A DNA stretch of 64,000 bases from a virus (IMGVR_UViG_3300032516_000009:46923-110922), one strand, 5' to 3'; positions 8,670 through 19,221 are shown, counted from the stretch's first letter. Translations and numbers: made by a program. The notes: a model not told the origin generated them from the sequence alone.

Positions 8670-11600
8670 CTAGACGTAGTCGAGCTTCAGTGTGCCGAGG
8701 AAGGTTCCGACGTATGAGGACCAAGACTTGGTCAGACCAGCCGTTCCACCGCTGTTGATGGCGGTCCACACGAGCGGAGTGGACTTGTACGCCAACCCAG
8801 CTAGAACCAAGCCGGGTCCACACGAACTTGGTGTAACAGTCAGGAACCGTGCATCTACCAAATAGACCTTTCCGGTCCCACCCGCATCACTGACGTGAAC
8901 GTAACCACCTCCACCTACGATGTTTGCTGCATTGGCACAGCCCGGGAGAGCCACAGTGGCCAGGAGAGAGCCGGGGGCAGGAAAGGTCGAGATGTCGAAC
9001 TTCAGAGCGTTACCACCTACTCCTGTACAGGCCCACAGGTGCCAACCACCCGAGCCATCACTGGCATAGACGAGACCACTGATGGTCTCTGAAGCGTGCG
9101 TGTAGGTCGAGACGATGGCAAGCGTGCCCAGATTGATCTTGAAGATCTTTTTGCTTGTGCCTCCTGCAACCCAAAGGAAGCCCCCACCGATGCAACAGTC
9201 CACCATCTCAGTACCAGGACCGGGGTTCGTAGTCGTTGCCTCGGCGTTCATCTGGCTCTTGTAGTCTCCCCAGCAGCGCAAGAGGTCAGACTTGGCAAAT
9301 CGGCGCACGCTGGAATTGAACGCTTCCGTGGTGCCCGAGCTGACGGCGTAGATCTTGTCACCACTAATGGCAACGCCCAATACGTTTCCATTCGTGACAT
9401 ACCTTCCGCAGCTCCCATACCCAGCAAGTGTGTAGTATTGACCGTCGAAGCTGCTCTTTCTCACCAAGGTGATCATGCTGTCGGAGTCATTGGCAATTAC
9501 GATATGGGTCTCATCATGGGTAACACGACCACCCTTGGTCACCAGCCCGAAAAGCGCCGGGTAGCTCATGTCCACTTTGTGGACCGAAGTCTCGCCAGAG
9601 TAGAGATATAGGATCGATGACGAACTGTCCGTTATGATTAACTTGCCGTGACTAGAATCGTAGTCGACCCCCTTGGGCGCTGTGGGAATGTCATGAACCA
9701 CGGTCAAGACTTTACCAACGGCGGCATTGGTCATGTCCGCAACAGGCATCCCCTTGATGCTGCGAAGGACTGGTACTGGAGCATAGTTGCGTTGGTCTAC
9801 AGACATATCCCCCTTCGGTGAGCCGAAGTTCATCCAGTCCAGGTTGCCGGGTCTATAGTCCTCAAAGTTATTGACGACATAGGAGCCGGCTCCTGGGTAG
9901 GTCGAACACCACGTGGCCTCGCCCGTTTCATCTTGGGCAATCCAGTAGATGTAGTCCCAACTAGGGTCAAAGAGGACTCCGCGCAGTACTGCGTTCTGCG
10001 ACCAGAAGTCTCCAAGAGCCATAGTGCCGAATGGAACCGTGATGTTCTGGATCCCCACGTAGTCCATTGTGACCATGATCGTGGGCGTGTCGGCCTCGTA
10101 GCACAAGTCGTAGGTCGGACCCTGGATCGTGATGCTGTCGATGATAGAAAACGTGGTGGGATCGAACCTACACAGGTTGGTGCCTCTCTCAGAAACGAAG
10201 AAGATGATTCCCTTCTCACAGATAGCCCGCACGCGATTCGACGTTGCGCTTGGGATGGGCAGCGACGTGGAAGAACTCCACGAGGCCAGGTCGAACTTAA
10301 ATACATTGGCCGTGCCAAAGAAGAACGCAGCCGAACCGACTACAATGATTCCACGTCCTTCCTCACCCAATACCAAGTCATGCCGCTTGACCTGATTCGT
10401 CTCGGCGTCGATCTCGATGACGATCCCGCTGTCATGCTCAAGAGTCGTCAAGACTCGATTTCCAACAGGGTCCCACGCTAGACCTTGTCCCCCGTACCTA
10501 AAATCAGGGCTCGGGATCGGGATGCCATACTCCAATACGTCCCAGGTGTTCCGGTCGATCTTGACCAAGTTAGGTAAGTTGGTGAGCACCCACACGTAGT
10601 TGGGAGTCATCAGCAACGTGTGAGGACGACTGTCTGCTCCCAGGCCCGTCCGGAGTGGGATGCTGTAGTGCGAGGAATCCGTGTCGAGGTCATGTACGAG
10701 AATGTCACTCACTCCCTCACGACACATCCACGCATAGGGGCCCTCCCATTTTTGCGCCGAGGGGTTGTAGGTCCGGTCTAGAAGCATGTGACCACAGACG
10801 ACCCTACTCTGCCCACGTTCTGCGCCCACAATGGGAACGTAGCCAACTCCCGGCTTGTACTGACCCTGTAGACCTTCCAGAAGGTCTAAGCGGCCACTCG
10901 ACGCAACACGCTTCGGCACCGAGCCATAGGCCTGTTCCGTCACATAGCCGACTAACCCCGAGCCCCCATCAGGGTAGTTAACGTAGTAGATTCCAGTTCT
11001 ACTGCCCTGAATGCCTGGTAGGAAGCCTCCAATGTACGCAATATTCCCGATGGCCGCTGCGCCCTCGCTGTGGAATTCACCAGGCGTGAACGTAGCCTCT
11101 ACCGTGTTCGTATTCGGGTCGATGACCCACACAAAGGCGGAGTCTTCATCCGTCACATATAGCCGCGTGTTTAGAGTGCCCGCGCTATCAGGCCCAAGCG
11201 CAATCTCACTGGTCGCGCTGGCATTCGGAAGTGTGACAGCCGCGAGCGAAGATAAATCCACCGTGCTTAGTCGCTGGACCTGAGTCCCATCCGAAATCCA
11301 TAAATCACCGAACGCAAGACAAGAGGACAGAGCCGCTGTGGTGCCGTCTGCAACCACTAGCGTCATCGTGCCCGGATCGACTTTTTGCGTACCCGTGCCG
11401 TCGAACATACCCCCCTGCGTGAACCAGATATATCCTCCGCCGTAGCGAATGAAACGTCCTCGCGCATTGTAGCTTGCAACCCGCGTGATCGTGCTTGGGG
11501 GCTGGCCAAGGCAGGCTACCGTACTGAACTTGGCAATTCCCTTTGGTGTCCCATTGCCGTAGCAGTAAAAATTACCCGCCCCATCCGCACAGACGCTCGT

Positions 11601-12584
11601 GGCCTGCTGACCAGCTCCTAGCCACCCCCAGCCCGCAATCGTCATCGTGGCCTTGTCAATGATGGCCACATTTTCGGAAGTCCAACATGCAGCGTAAATA
11701 TACGTACTGTCAACAGCTAAATCACGAACGCGGTCGATTGTAGGGAGCACAGTCCTCAGGTCAACTCGTTTAACCACGGACAGCGCAGGGCCCCCATTCA
11801 TCGGCAACATCTTTACGACCAGGCCAGAACCGGCAAGGCTGTTGGAGGTGTCGCTGACGGTTGTTGACTCGGCCGCGTAGAGATAGGTTCCATCCGACAC
11901 GAGCGAGCGAGGCGAATACAGACCTGATCCTTTGTCTTGTGGAGCAACAATCAAACCTCTACCCGCAAGTGCTGAGTCAGGTGATGGAATACGGTTAATT
12001 GACGCAACGGTTTGCTCTATACTTGTGCCTGTTAAATCTCCATCGGCTGTAAATCCGCCACCCGTAGGATCTTGTGCGGTCCATCCAGTTGATATTACTT
12101 CTCCTCCTCCCACTGCCCATGTCAGTACTTGCCCTATTCCTGGTGTACAACTTAATGCAGCATTGCCTTGAATACCAACTACAGTTTGATTCGTACTGGT
12201 GCCACTCAAATCACCACCAGCTGTGAATCCACCAGTAGCGGTTACAGCTGTTATTCCTGCTGGTCCTTTAGGCCCAATAAATCCTGGTGGACCTTGGAAT
12301 TGTCGAGCGAGAGAATCTATTGTGCCTTTCTGGACGTATCGAACTCCAAATTCATATGCAGTTTGTCCAGTAAATGGACTTTTAACTTCTAAGAACGATA
12401 ACTGCGATAAATCATGGGATCCAGAAGTGATGCCCAAACCTGTTAAAACTTGAGAATATATAGTAGAACTCATAAGTGTCGCATAAGGATTGGATAAAAT
12501 TTCATCAGTGCTCAGGAGTATGACTCCTTGCACTACATTGAATAGACCTGAAGCAATTTTCTGTACACCTACAGTTGTAGCCAT
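8670..12584 (-). CDS. Large virion fibre/receptor-binding-like protein with multiple beta-propellers
   Basis: Short GPP collagen stretch, GGDLSGT/DGDLTGT repeats, then YncE/NHL-like beta-rich repeats. Confidence 0.65.
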   Translation of the reverse strand: MATTVGVQKIASGLFNVVQGVILLSTDEILSNPYATLMSSTIYSQVLTGLGITSGSHDLSQLSFLEVKSPFTGQTAYEFGVRYVQKGTIDSLARQFQGPPGFIGPKGPAGITAVTATGGFTAGGDLSGTSTNQTVVGIQGNAALSCTPGIGQVLTWAVGGGEVISTGWTAQDPTGGGFTADGDLTGTSIEQTVASINRIPSPDSALAGRGLIVAPQDKGSGLYSPRSLVSDGTYLYAAESTTVSDTSNSLAGSGLVVKMLPMNGGPALSVVKRVDLRTVLPTIDRVRDLAVDSTYIYAACWTSENVAIIDKATMTIAGWGWLGAGQQATSVCADGAGNFYCYGNGTPKGIAKFSTVACLGQPPSTITRVASYNARGRFIRYGGGYIWFTQGGMFDGTGTQKVDPGTMTLVVADGTTAALSSCLAFGDLWISDGTQVQRLSTVDLSSLAAVTLPNASATSEIALGPDSAGTLNTRLYVTDEDSAFVWVIDPNTNTVEATFTPGEFHSEGAAAIGNIAYIGGFLPGIQGSRTGIYYVNYPDGGSGLVGYVTEQAYGSVPKRVASSGRLDLLEGLQGQYKPGVGYVPIVGAERGQSRVVCGHMLLDRTYNPSAQKWEGPYAWMCREGVSDILVHDLDTDSSHYSIPLRTGLGADSRPHTLLMTPNYVWVLTNLPNLVKIDRNTWDVLEYGIPIPSPDFRYGGQGLAWDPVGNRVLTTLEHDSGIVIEIDAETNQVKRHDLVLGEEGRGIIVVGSAAFFFGTANVFKFDLASWSSSTSLPIPSATSNRVRAICEKGIIFFVSERGTNLCRFDPTTFSIIDSITIQGPTYDLCYEADTPTIMVTMDYVGIQNITVPFGTMALGDFWSQNAVLRGVLFDPSWDYIYWIAQDETGEATWCSTYPGAGSYVVNNFEDYRPGNLDWMNFGSPKGDMSVDQRNYAPVPVLRSIKGMPVADMTNAAVGKVLTVVHDIPTAPKGVDYDSSHGKLIITDSSSSILYLYSGETSVHKVDMSYPALFGLVTKGGRVTHDETHIVIANDSDSMITLVRKSSFDGQYYTLAGYGSCGRYVTNGNVLGVAISGDKIYAVSSGTTEAFNSSVRRFAKSDLLRCWGDYKSQMNAEATTTNPGPGTEMVDCCIGGGFLWVAGGTSKKIFKINLGTLAIVSTYTHASETISGLVYASDGSGGWHLWACTGVGGNALKFDISTFPAPGSLLATVALPGCANAANIVGGGGYVHVSDAGGTGKVYLVDARFLTVTPSSCGPGLVLAGLAYKSTPLVWTAINSGGTAGLTKSWSSYVGTFLGTLKLDYV

Positions 12585-12611
12585 AGCATAAATACATCAT
12601 AGGAAGCGTAT

Positions 12612-12688
12612 TGGTACCCCCGGTGCGAGTCGAACGCACAAACCTCGTGATCCGTAGTCACGCGCTCTATCCATTGAGCTACGGGGGC
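12612..12688 (-). tRNA. tRNA-Arg(ACG)
   Basis: CGTGA-CTACGGA-TCACG; CCA. Confidence 0.9.
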
Positions 12689-12692
12689 ATAG

Positions 12693-12766
12693 TATCCTCG
12701 GCGAGAGTCGAACTCGCAACATTCGGATCCGAAGTCCGACGCTCTTTCCAATTGAGCTACGAGGAC
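12693..12766 (-). tRNA. tRNA-Arg(TCG)
   Basis: TCGGA-CTTCGGA-TCCGA. Confidence 0.9.
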
Positions 12767-12770
12767 ATAG

Positions 12771-12842
12771 TGATCCCAACGGGATTCGAACCCGTATTGC
12801 CGGCGTGAGGGGCCGGATTCCTGGCCGTTAGAAGATGGGATC
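12771..12842 (-). tRNA. tRNA-Glu(CTC), C33
   Basis: CCGGC-CCCTCAC-GCCGG. Confidence 0.9.
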
Positions 12843-12845
12843 GAA

Positions 12846-13445
12846 TTACTGATCCATTACATATTCAGTAGCATCATTACTATTATCTATGAACATTGAT
12901 GATATGACACTAGTCATGAATTTTCGATATCTGGGTTGCTGATTATGTTTTCTAGTCGGACTTCTACCAGACATCGGATATGAACGAAATGAAAGGACTT
13001 TTCGTTTTGAACTTTTTTCAATACCAACTCGTCTATATTCAACTGCTATATAAATGAATTTATGCGGGATGAAAATCCGCTGACAGTATGGATAAGATGG
13101 AGAACGAATTTTTCGCACCTGAATGAACTTTTGAGCAAGAAAATGAATTTCTCCAGTAAATGTTCCTTTATATGAAAAAGTCATATTGCATCTGAATGTT
13201 TTCTCAGATCTCGAAATATTATTTATGTTGACCAAAAATGCGCGCTTGCGGAACAGCACCTTCATTATTGAAGTGAATGGCATTACTGCATAAGACGGGA
13301 TGGTGTCTTGTATTTGATTAAGAAATGGTTGAAATTCATCAAAACTGATAAAAATTGTCTTACCAAACGCTGCCATTGCAGTAGATATATTAATTTTTTG
13401 CAGGCAATCCGTCGCCATTGCAGCTTCACGTACGGAAGTTTCCAT
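12846..13445 (-). CDS. Hypothetical protein with C-terminal VM tag
   Basis: 199-aa ORF ending TEYVMDQ. Confidence 0.6.
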   Translation of the reverse strand: METSVREAAMATDCLQKINISTAMAAFGKTIFISFDEFQPFLNQIQDTIPSYAVMPFTSIMKVLFRKRAFLVNINNISRSEKTFRCNMTFSYKGTFTGEIHFLAQKFIQVRKIRSPSYPYCQRIFIPHKFIYIAVEYRRVGIEKSSKRKVLSFRSYPMSGRSPTRKHNQQPRYRKFMTSVISSMFIDNSNDATEYVMDQ

Positions 13446-13638
13446 GCACCAGAATTTACATTTGATGTATAAATGCTGCTATTGCAATCTAGCAAATTGC
13501 TGAACAGGAGAACCGTAACACGGTTTCGAAATCACGTTACGCCATATTGGGCAGTCCATCGTCATCGCAGCTTCACGTATGGGTGTATCCAAAAGGCGAG
13601 GGCAATCTACATTGACAACGGATTGATCTAATATTTTG

Positions 13639-13711
13639 AGGCGGAGGTGGGTTACGATCCCACGCATGTCGCTTTTGCAGAGCGATACCTTCCCAACTTG
13701 GCTACTCCGCC
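13639..13711 (-). tRNA. tRNA-Cys(GCA)
   Basis: TCGCT-CTGCAAA-AGCGA; T loop ATCGTAA. Confidence 0.9.
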
Positions 13712-13722
13712 AGATTGAATAG

Positions 13723-13795
13723 AGCTCCCGGTGAGATTTGAACTCACGACCCGCGACTTACGAAATCGCTGCTCTACCTACTGAGCTACAGGAGC
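13723..13795 (-). tRNA. tRNA-Thr(CGT)
   Basis: GCGAT-TTCGTAA-GTCGC. Confidence 0.9.
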
Positions 13796-13817
13796 AAACA
13801 ATCTACTTTACAATTAG

Positions 13818-13904
13818 CGGAGAGAGTGGGATTTGAACCCACGGACGGGTTTATTCGTCGCTCGCTTAGCAAGCGAGTGCCATAGGCCACTCGGCCATCT
13901 CTCC
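13818..13904 (-). tRNA. tRNA-Ser(GCT)
   Basis: CTCGC-TTGCTAA-GCGAG, long variable arm. Confidence 0.9.
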
Positions 13905-13910
13905 AAAGTT

Positions 13911-14543
13911 TTATAGTGTTTTATGATACTCTTCGAAAATTTGTTGTACTATTGAGTTATTGTCTAATTCTTCAATAAACGCTGGCACCTCTGATTCGTA
14001 GATCACATTCGGATCTGGTTCAAATTCGATATAAGGGGCGTCCATATCCATAATAAAATCACTATCTAAATAATGATCATAAAAACCGCCTTTTACATGA
14101 AATGCATGGAATTTATGAGATGACTTATATTTATGTGATACATCACCAATATCTGTTATAATAATGTTTACTACTGGTATTAGAAAACTATTGTGTGTCT
14201 TTATTTCCTCTTCTAAATCATCCACTAAATCTGGAGGTAAAGGGCTTGGGTCTGGGTTCCATTGAGCAGACCCGCCCCGATCATTTTTGGTATTAAAGAT
14301 AATGTCATGATCTATTGGAATTCCTTTATACATCCCTTTTGCATGAACGGTAAACTCAAATTTTTTGTCATCTCGACGGAATCTATCAACCGTCAGACCG
14401 TCAATTTTGGCCGTAGGATTATGCAACATTATGGCGATGAGCGTTCTAAGATCTTTAGCTACCAAAGTTTTACTTGGTTTACAAGAATTATCAATCATTT
14501 TAGCAATCTGACGTAATCTATTTACAATTTGTGATGGTTGCAT
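13911..14543 (-). CDS. PS-LRxIA leader family protein
   Basis: MQPSQIVNRLRQIAKMIDNSCKPSKTLVAKDL followed by an unrelated acidic domain. Confidence 0.75.
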   Translation of the reverse strand: MQPSQIVNRLRQIAKMIDNSCKPSKTLVAKDLRTLIAIMLHNPTAKIDGLTVDRFRRDDKKFEFTVHAKGMYKGIPIDHDIIFNTKNDRGGSAQWNPDPSPLPPDLVDDLEEEIKTHNSFLIPVVNIIITDIGDVSHKYKSSHKFHAFHVKGGFYDHYLDSDFIMDMDAPYIEFEPDPNVIYESEVPAFIEELDNNSIVQQIFEEYHKTL

Positions 14544-14627
14544 AACAATTCGATATAATTAAAAATTGATGTAGCTTGGTATAGTTTGGTTAACCTTGGG
14601 AAGCACCCCAAGAAGTATGGAGACCAA

Positions 14628-16964
14628 ATGAAACCCTCATCTTTCAAGGTAGCAGAGTCATTATTCATCGTAAAACAAATCGTTAGCAAAAAGGCCCCCG
14701 CGAAGCCGGTTGAAATACCGACAAATCACATCGCGGTAATAGACTGTTCCGGGTCAATGTCCTGGGATTTGCCGAAAATCCGGGAACAGCTTAAGAAGAA
14801 ATTACCAAAGATCCTTCGAGAGCAAGATACAATTTCAATAATCTGGTTCTCGGGCAGAAAAGAATTCGGTGTTTTGCTCGAGGCCGAACCCGTTGCAACA
14901 TTAGTTGATCTGTCCAACGTCAACAAAGCTATCGACCGTTGGCTCAAACCCAATTGCCTTACAGGATTCAAAGAGCCGTTGGAAGAAGCCAAGGATCTTG
15001 TCGAACGTGTCAGTAAAAAGCGTAAAGGTAGCGTCTGTAACCTATTCTTTATGTCTGATGGTATGGATAACTGTTGGGGCCGTCCTGAAATACTAAAGGC
15101 CGTTGAACAAGCTGCTGGTGGACTGGCATCGGCTACCTTTGTTGAATATGGATACTATGCCGATCGTCCATTACTGACGGCAATGGCCGAAAAAGCTGGC
15201 GGAACACTTATATTTAGTGAAGACTTCGATAAATACGCTCCATTATTCGAAGCTGCTATGCAGAAGAAGTTATCTGGAGCACTTCGCATCGAAGTGAAAG
15301 TCGACGGCGATCCTATTGGCGGATTCGTTTACGCACTCGTTGGCGGAGACCTCATGACTTTCTCCGTTACCGGAGATACCGTGTCAGTTCCGGAGGATAT
15401 GTCGGCCGTCTTCTATTTGTCTTCGTCCGCAATTGGTGCCGAGACTGAGATCGTATCGGTCTCAAAAAAGAAGGATAAAGCGGATGACGACGTCATGGCT
15501 CCTGCCTATGCAGCGGTGTCATTATTTAGTTTACGTATGAAATCTGACGTCGTCTTCCCGTTACTTAAGGCGCTCGGTGATATAGACTATATAGATCGCT
15601 TTAGTTCATGTTTCGGGAAGCAGCGATATTCAGAATTCATGGACGCGACCAAAGCTGCAGCATTTGATCCATCTAAACGATTTACTAAGGGTTGGGATCC
15701 CAACAAGGTCCCGCGAGAAGATGCATTCACCATTCTCGAATTATTGCAGCTTTTGTCCAAAGATGACGGGAATCGGGTTCTACTCGATCATCCAGACTTC
15801 AAGTATAGCCGTATTGGACGTGGGCGTGTTGATGCTAGCACACAGTTAACTGAAGCGGAAATCGAGGAAATCCAGAAGCTCACTCTCCGCATCGCAGCTG
15901 AGCGTGACGTCAAGAAATTGAAGATTCTTCAGGAGCAACTCGCTGACATCACGGATAAGAAATCAGACGCGCTCAAATTTGAAACTGATCCGGCTCCAGA
16001 TGGTTATCCAATTTCTTCCCTTACGTTCAATGAAGAGCGGCCCAATGTCAGCTTCCTGGTCAAGAAACCCGGGGTTGTTGATATTTCGAGCCGAGTCCCG
16101 AAAGAATTCAAAGGAAAGATTCCAGAGAAATTCCAGACGTTCATCTACCGTAACTACACGGTGGTAAAGGATGGACTTGTCAACGTCGAATTCCTTCCGG
16201 TTAAAGTTACCGCGGAAACCCTGGATAAATTGGTAGAAGCAGGAGTGATCGACAAGGATCACGTTAAAAATTTCAAGCTTTGTGATTCCATCACGATTAA
16301 CCTTAGAGATCTTCCTATCATCAACCGTAAGATGGTGAAGGCTACGAGTGCAAAGACGCTGTTTGAACTCGAGTACGAGCTTACTAAAGCCCGCGCTGCT
16401 CAGAAAGTTTATAATAGCGTCAAAAAAGAGAAGTTCCCGCGTAAAGCCGAAGGCTTCGTTGTCATGTATGGGGACGACGCAGCGAAATGGCTCAAAGAGC
16501 ATGGTTTCACCGACTATTCAGGATTTTCGCCTAAGACCGTCCAGGCGGAAGCTACGGACTTCTATCTTGGAAAATGTCTAGAAATTTCTCTTAAGGGGTT
16601 ATCAACTCTCCCATCACTCAAAGATCTGCATGAACAAATTAAAAAGAATAAACTGAATGCATGCGGCCGGCTTATGAAACCCCATCTTGATCGTATCGAG
16701 TCTTTTTTGGCCAGTGATATTTATAATAAGGCAGCGGATAAAGATGGTGTTTTTGAAGCATGGCTAGACGGAGAAGCCAAATCGGTAAGACAGCAAACGC
16801 AGACGCTTATTTATCAAGTTGCCCAAACCACGTTCTGCTTGATTGTCGGACAGATATGGCCAATAGAATTCTCCAGTTTGGATGAGAATTCCATGACCAT
16901 CGATTTCGATGGCCAAAAGATTGTATGTTCGATGAATTTGAAAGAAATTCAAATTAAGATTTAA
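14628..16964 (+). CDS. vWA (MIDAS) domain protein
   Basis: IAVIDCSGSM, FFMSDG; GGAG RBS before ATG 14628. Confidence 0.85.
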   Translation: MKPSSFKVAESLFIVKQIVSKKAPAKPVEIPTNHIAVIDCSGSMSWDLPKIREQLKKKLPKILREQDTISIIWFSGRKEFGVLLEAEPVATLVDLSNVNKAIDRWLKPNCLTGFKEPLEEAKDLVERVSKKRKGSVCNLFFMSDGMDNCWGRPEILKAVEQAAGGLASATFVEYGYYADRPLLTAMAEKAGGTLIFSEDFDKYAPLFEAAMQKKLSGALRIEVKVDGDPIGGFVYALVGGDLMTFSVTGDTVSVPEDMSAVFYLSSSAIGAETEIVSVSKKKDKADDDVMAPAYAAVSLFSLRMKSDVVFPLLKALGDIDYIDRFSSCFGKQRYSEFMDATKAAAFDPSKRFTKGWDPNKVPREDAFTILELLQLLSKDDGNRVLLDHPDFKYSRIGRGRVDASTQLTEAEIEEIQKLTLRIAAERDVKKLKILQEQLADITDKKSDALKFETDPAPDGYPISSLTFNEERPNVSFLVKKPGVVDISSRVPKEFKGKIPEKFQTFIYRNYTVVKDGLVNVEFLPVKVTAETLDKLVEAGVIDKDHVKNFKLCDSITINLRDLPIINRKMVKATSAKTLFELEYELTKARAAQKVYNSVKKEKFPRKAEGFVVMYGDDAAKWLKEHGFTDYSGFSPKTVQAEATDFYLGKCLEISLKGLSTLPSLKDLHEQIKKNKLNACGRLMKPHLDRIESFLASDIYNKAADKDGVFEAWLDGEAKSVRQQTQTLIYQVAQTTFCLIVGQIWPIEFSSLDENSMTIDFDGQKIVCSMNLKEIQIKI

Positions 16965-17012
16965 TTTGATGTGGACAATATTCATATAGACCTTTGGACA
17001 TATTGCAATTAG

Positions 17013-17099
17013 CGGAGGAAGTAGGATTCGAACCCACGGTAGACTTACGCCTACAACGGTTTTCAAAACCGTCGCCTTCGACCACTCGGCCATTCCTCC
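17013..17099 (-). tRNA. tRNA-Ser(TGA)
   Basis: ACGGT-TTTGAAA-ACCGT, long variable arm. Confidence 0.9.
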
Positions 17100-17108
17100 A
17101 ATTATTCG

Positions 17109-17191
17109 CGGAGGGAAGAGGAATCGAACCTCGTGCCTTGCGGCACCCCGGGATTTCCAATCCCGTTACCGACCAATCAGAGGTACCCTCC
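17109..17191 (-). tRNA. tRNA-Ser(GGA), atypical D arm
   Basis: CGGGA-TTGGAAA-TCCCG, long variable arm. Confidence 0.8.
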
Positions 17192-17198
17192 TTTCTAG

Positions 17199-17271
17199 AG
17201 CGAACGACGGGGTACGATCCCGTGACCTCAACTTTGGGAAAGTTGTGCTCTACCAACTGAGCTACGTTCGC
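17199..17271 (-). tRNA. tRNA-Gly(CCC)
   Basis: CAACT-TTCCCAA-AGTTG; T loop ATCGTAC. Confidence 0.9.
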
Positions 17272-17345
17272 AAAATTTTTTGACAGTGGTTCCACTTATA
17301 TTAAATTCTCTACCGACCAGAGTGTAATTTTGCATTTTCAAGTAC

Positions 17346-17423
17346 ATGGGTAAACCACTGTCCCTCCAATTAGATCACAAGAACGGCGATCATCATGACA
17401 ATAGAGTTTCAAATCTGAGATTT
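17346..17423 (+). pseudogene. HNH endonuclease remnant
   Basis: Translates as MGKPLSLQLDHKNGDHHDNRVSNLRF, matching the HNH core of 6905 and 36150; truncated at a tRNA. Confidence 0.8.
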
Positions 17424-17425
17424 AG

Positions 17426-17497
17426 AGCGGCCTGCGAGTAACGATCTCGCCTCTTTAGGTTGGAAACCTAAGGCCCATCCGTCTAGACCAAGGCCGC
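17426..17497 (-). tRNA. tRNA-Gly(TCC)
   Basis: TTAGG-TTTCCAA-CCTAA; T loop ATCGTTA. Confidence 0.85.
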
Positions 17498-17514
17498 AGA
17501 GTCTTTGATCTACT

Positions 17515-18186
17515 TTACTTTAAAAAATCTTTATCAAGATAAGCTGGATCTATTCTTTGTATTTCAGCTAAAGCATAGTCAACTTCTTTGTTTCCCCGAA
17601 GTTTCACAAGAGTAGAGACCGCTATTTTTATAGCTGTGGTGATATTATGACGAGAATTGTTGCTGTTATTTATGGCTCCAGCTAATCTCTCTTTAATCTG
17701 TGTTTCCTGCCTTTTTGATGCTAAATATTCACGCATTATTTGATAACGCACCATCTCTATTCTATTTTCAGCTGCAATTCTCTGTTGCTCAAGTTCAAAA
17801 CGCTGTGTCAAAGTCAGGGTTTCTAGTAATAACTGTTCTTCTGTTTTAGCATGCTGCTGTTCTATTTTTTTATTTCTATCAGATGCCCTATCATCTGCAT
17901 ATTCCTGCATCAACTCTATTTCTTCTTCTGGAATGCCTTTAAATTCAGCTTCCGGCAGAATCGTTTTACAAATAACTCTTCCTCTAACATATTTACCAAC
18001 TAATACAATGTCAGGATTAGATATTTGCCATTGATTATCACCATTAATTGTTTTTTGCTTTAACGGAACGGCATCAAGCGAACGTCTAATTAATAATGAT
18101 TTCGCTTCATTAAACGACATCTCAGGAGCATGTCGTTGAACGAAACGTTCAACAGCATGATCACTTATGACAATGTCTCCGATCAT
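17515..18186 (-). CDS. Hypothetical protein (ISDHAVERF N-terminal domain plus coiled coil)
   Basis: Start moved to ATG 18186 to avoid overlapping the tRNA. Confidence 0.7.
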   Translation of the reverse strand: MIGDIVISDHAVERFVQRHAPEMSFNEAKSLLIRRSLDAVPLKQKTINGDNQWQISNPDIVLVGKYVRGRVICKTILPEAEFKGIPEEEIELMQEYADDRASDRNKKIEQQHAKTEEQLLLETLTLTQRFELEQQRIAAENRIEMVRYQIMREYLASKRQETQIKERLAGAINNSNNSRHNITTAIKIAVSTLVKLRGNKEVDYALAEIQRIDPAYLDKDFLK

Positions 18187-18191
18187 GATAG

Positions 18192-18264
18192 TAGGTCCGG
18201 CCAGGATCGAACTGACGACATCTACCGTGTAGGGGTAGCACTCTACCGACTGAGTTACGGACCC
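18192..18264 (-). tRNA. tRNA-Val(TAC), C33
   Basis: CTACC-CCTACAC-GGTAG. Confidence 0.9.
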
Positions 18265-18350
18265 GTAGCGCAATAGCGAAACATTCATGTCCCCTATTCA
18301 GTATGAATTTGACTTGAAATTTACATCTAGATAAATGTAATTTTCGCTAG

Positions 18351-18426
18351 TGGGACAGGGCAGGATTGAACTGCCGACCTCGACCTTATCAGGATCGCGC
18401 TCTGAAACCAACTGAGCTACTGTCCC
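18351..18426 (-). tRNA. tRNA-Ile(GAT)
   Basis: CGATC-CTGATAA-GGTCG. Confidence 0.9.
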
Positions 18427-18433
18427 GTGAGTT

Positions 18434-18982
18434 TTATATAACATGTGGTATTATCCATAAAGACCGTGGAAAATTTTGCAATTTTTCTCGCATCTTAACA
18501 AACGCAGAGTTGATTTTATTAGTTGGTACTACACCGCCATGAATCTCTCCATGACAATTATGGCATATTAATATACATTTCTTCATTTCTGCTAGAACTC
18601 GGCTGAATGATAACTGAAAACCACGTTCTGATATTGAAAAAGATTTGTCTTTTATATTTACATGATGAAATGATAAACTACCGTTATACTTAAAATATCC
18701 ACATATAAAACATTTTCCGCCCAAGTGTGCTACACAATTTGATTTTCTTCCCTCTCTAAGAATTCTTGTATAATCAACACCATTTGATTCTTTGAAACGC
18801 CAATATCTATTTCTAGCTTGTGTCGCTCTGTCTGCCTTTAGTTGTGTTATTTCTCGTTTTGGGTGTGGAAACTGACCAAATGGCAAACACTTTAAGCATT
18901 TCTTCCTGTTTTTCAGGTTATGGCTTTTCTCGCCAATTTTTATTCTGTACGGAATATAATTACCGCATGCACATGTTCTCAT
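18434..18982 (-). CDS. HNH endonuclease
   Basis: GGKCFICGY...LSFHH...KCILICHNCHGEIH. Confidence 0.85.
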   Translation of the reverse strand: MRTCACGNYIPYRIKIGEKSHNLKNRKKCLKCLPFGQFPHPKREITQLKADRATQARNRYWRFKESNGVDYTRILREGRKSNCVAHLGGKCFICGYFKYNGSLSFHHVNIKDKSFSISERGFQLSFSRVLAEMKKCILICHNCHGEIHGGVVPTNKINSAFVKMREKLQNFPRSLWIIPHVI

Positions 18983-19021
18983 ATTTCCATGTGCTATAAA
19001 ACACCTACCATTAAGCTATAG

Positions 19022-19091
19022 AGCAGCTGCGGGGAATCGAACCCCGATCATCAGAGTGGCACTCTGAGTTCGTCACCATCCGATCAGCTGC
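19022..19091 (-). tRNA. tRNA-Gly(GCC), short D arm
   Basis: TCAGA-GTGCCAC-TCTGA; 70 nt. Confidence 0.75.
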
Positions 19092-19149
19092 CAATGAAGG
19101 GTCGCCACCTGTAATTTGAGCGCTACAGGCGGAGCCTTTGACGACCCAG

Positions 19150-19221
19150 AGCTGACGGCGAGATTTGAACTCGCGGCCTTCGCCTTACCAAGGCGCTGCA
19201 CCACCACTGTGCTACGTCAGC
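19150..19221 (-). tRNA. tRNA-Thr(GGT)
   Basis: Loop TTGGTAA. Confidence 0.9.

Noticed and set aside
8895-12453. Many plus-strand ORFs inside the 1304-aa gene, and similar ones inside 30014-31876 and 59648-60627
   Set aside because: They are antisense or alternate-frame artefacts of GC-rich coding sequence.
13446-13667. TAG readthrough or alternative genetic code (ORF 13667-13479 is in frame with 13445-12846)
   Set aside because: Many clear genes end at TAG and no CTA-anticodon tRNA is seen. The upstream piece looks like a partial duplicate of the N-terminus (REAAM.xDC).
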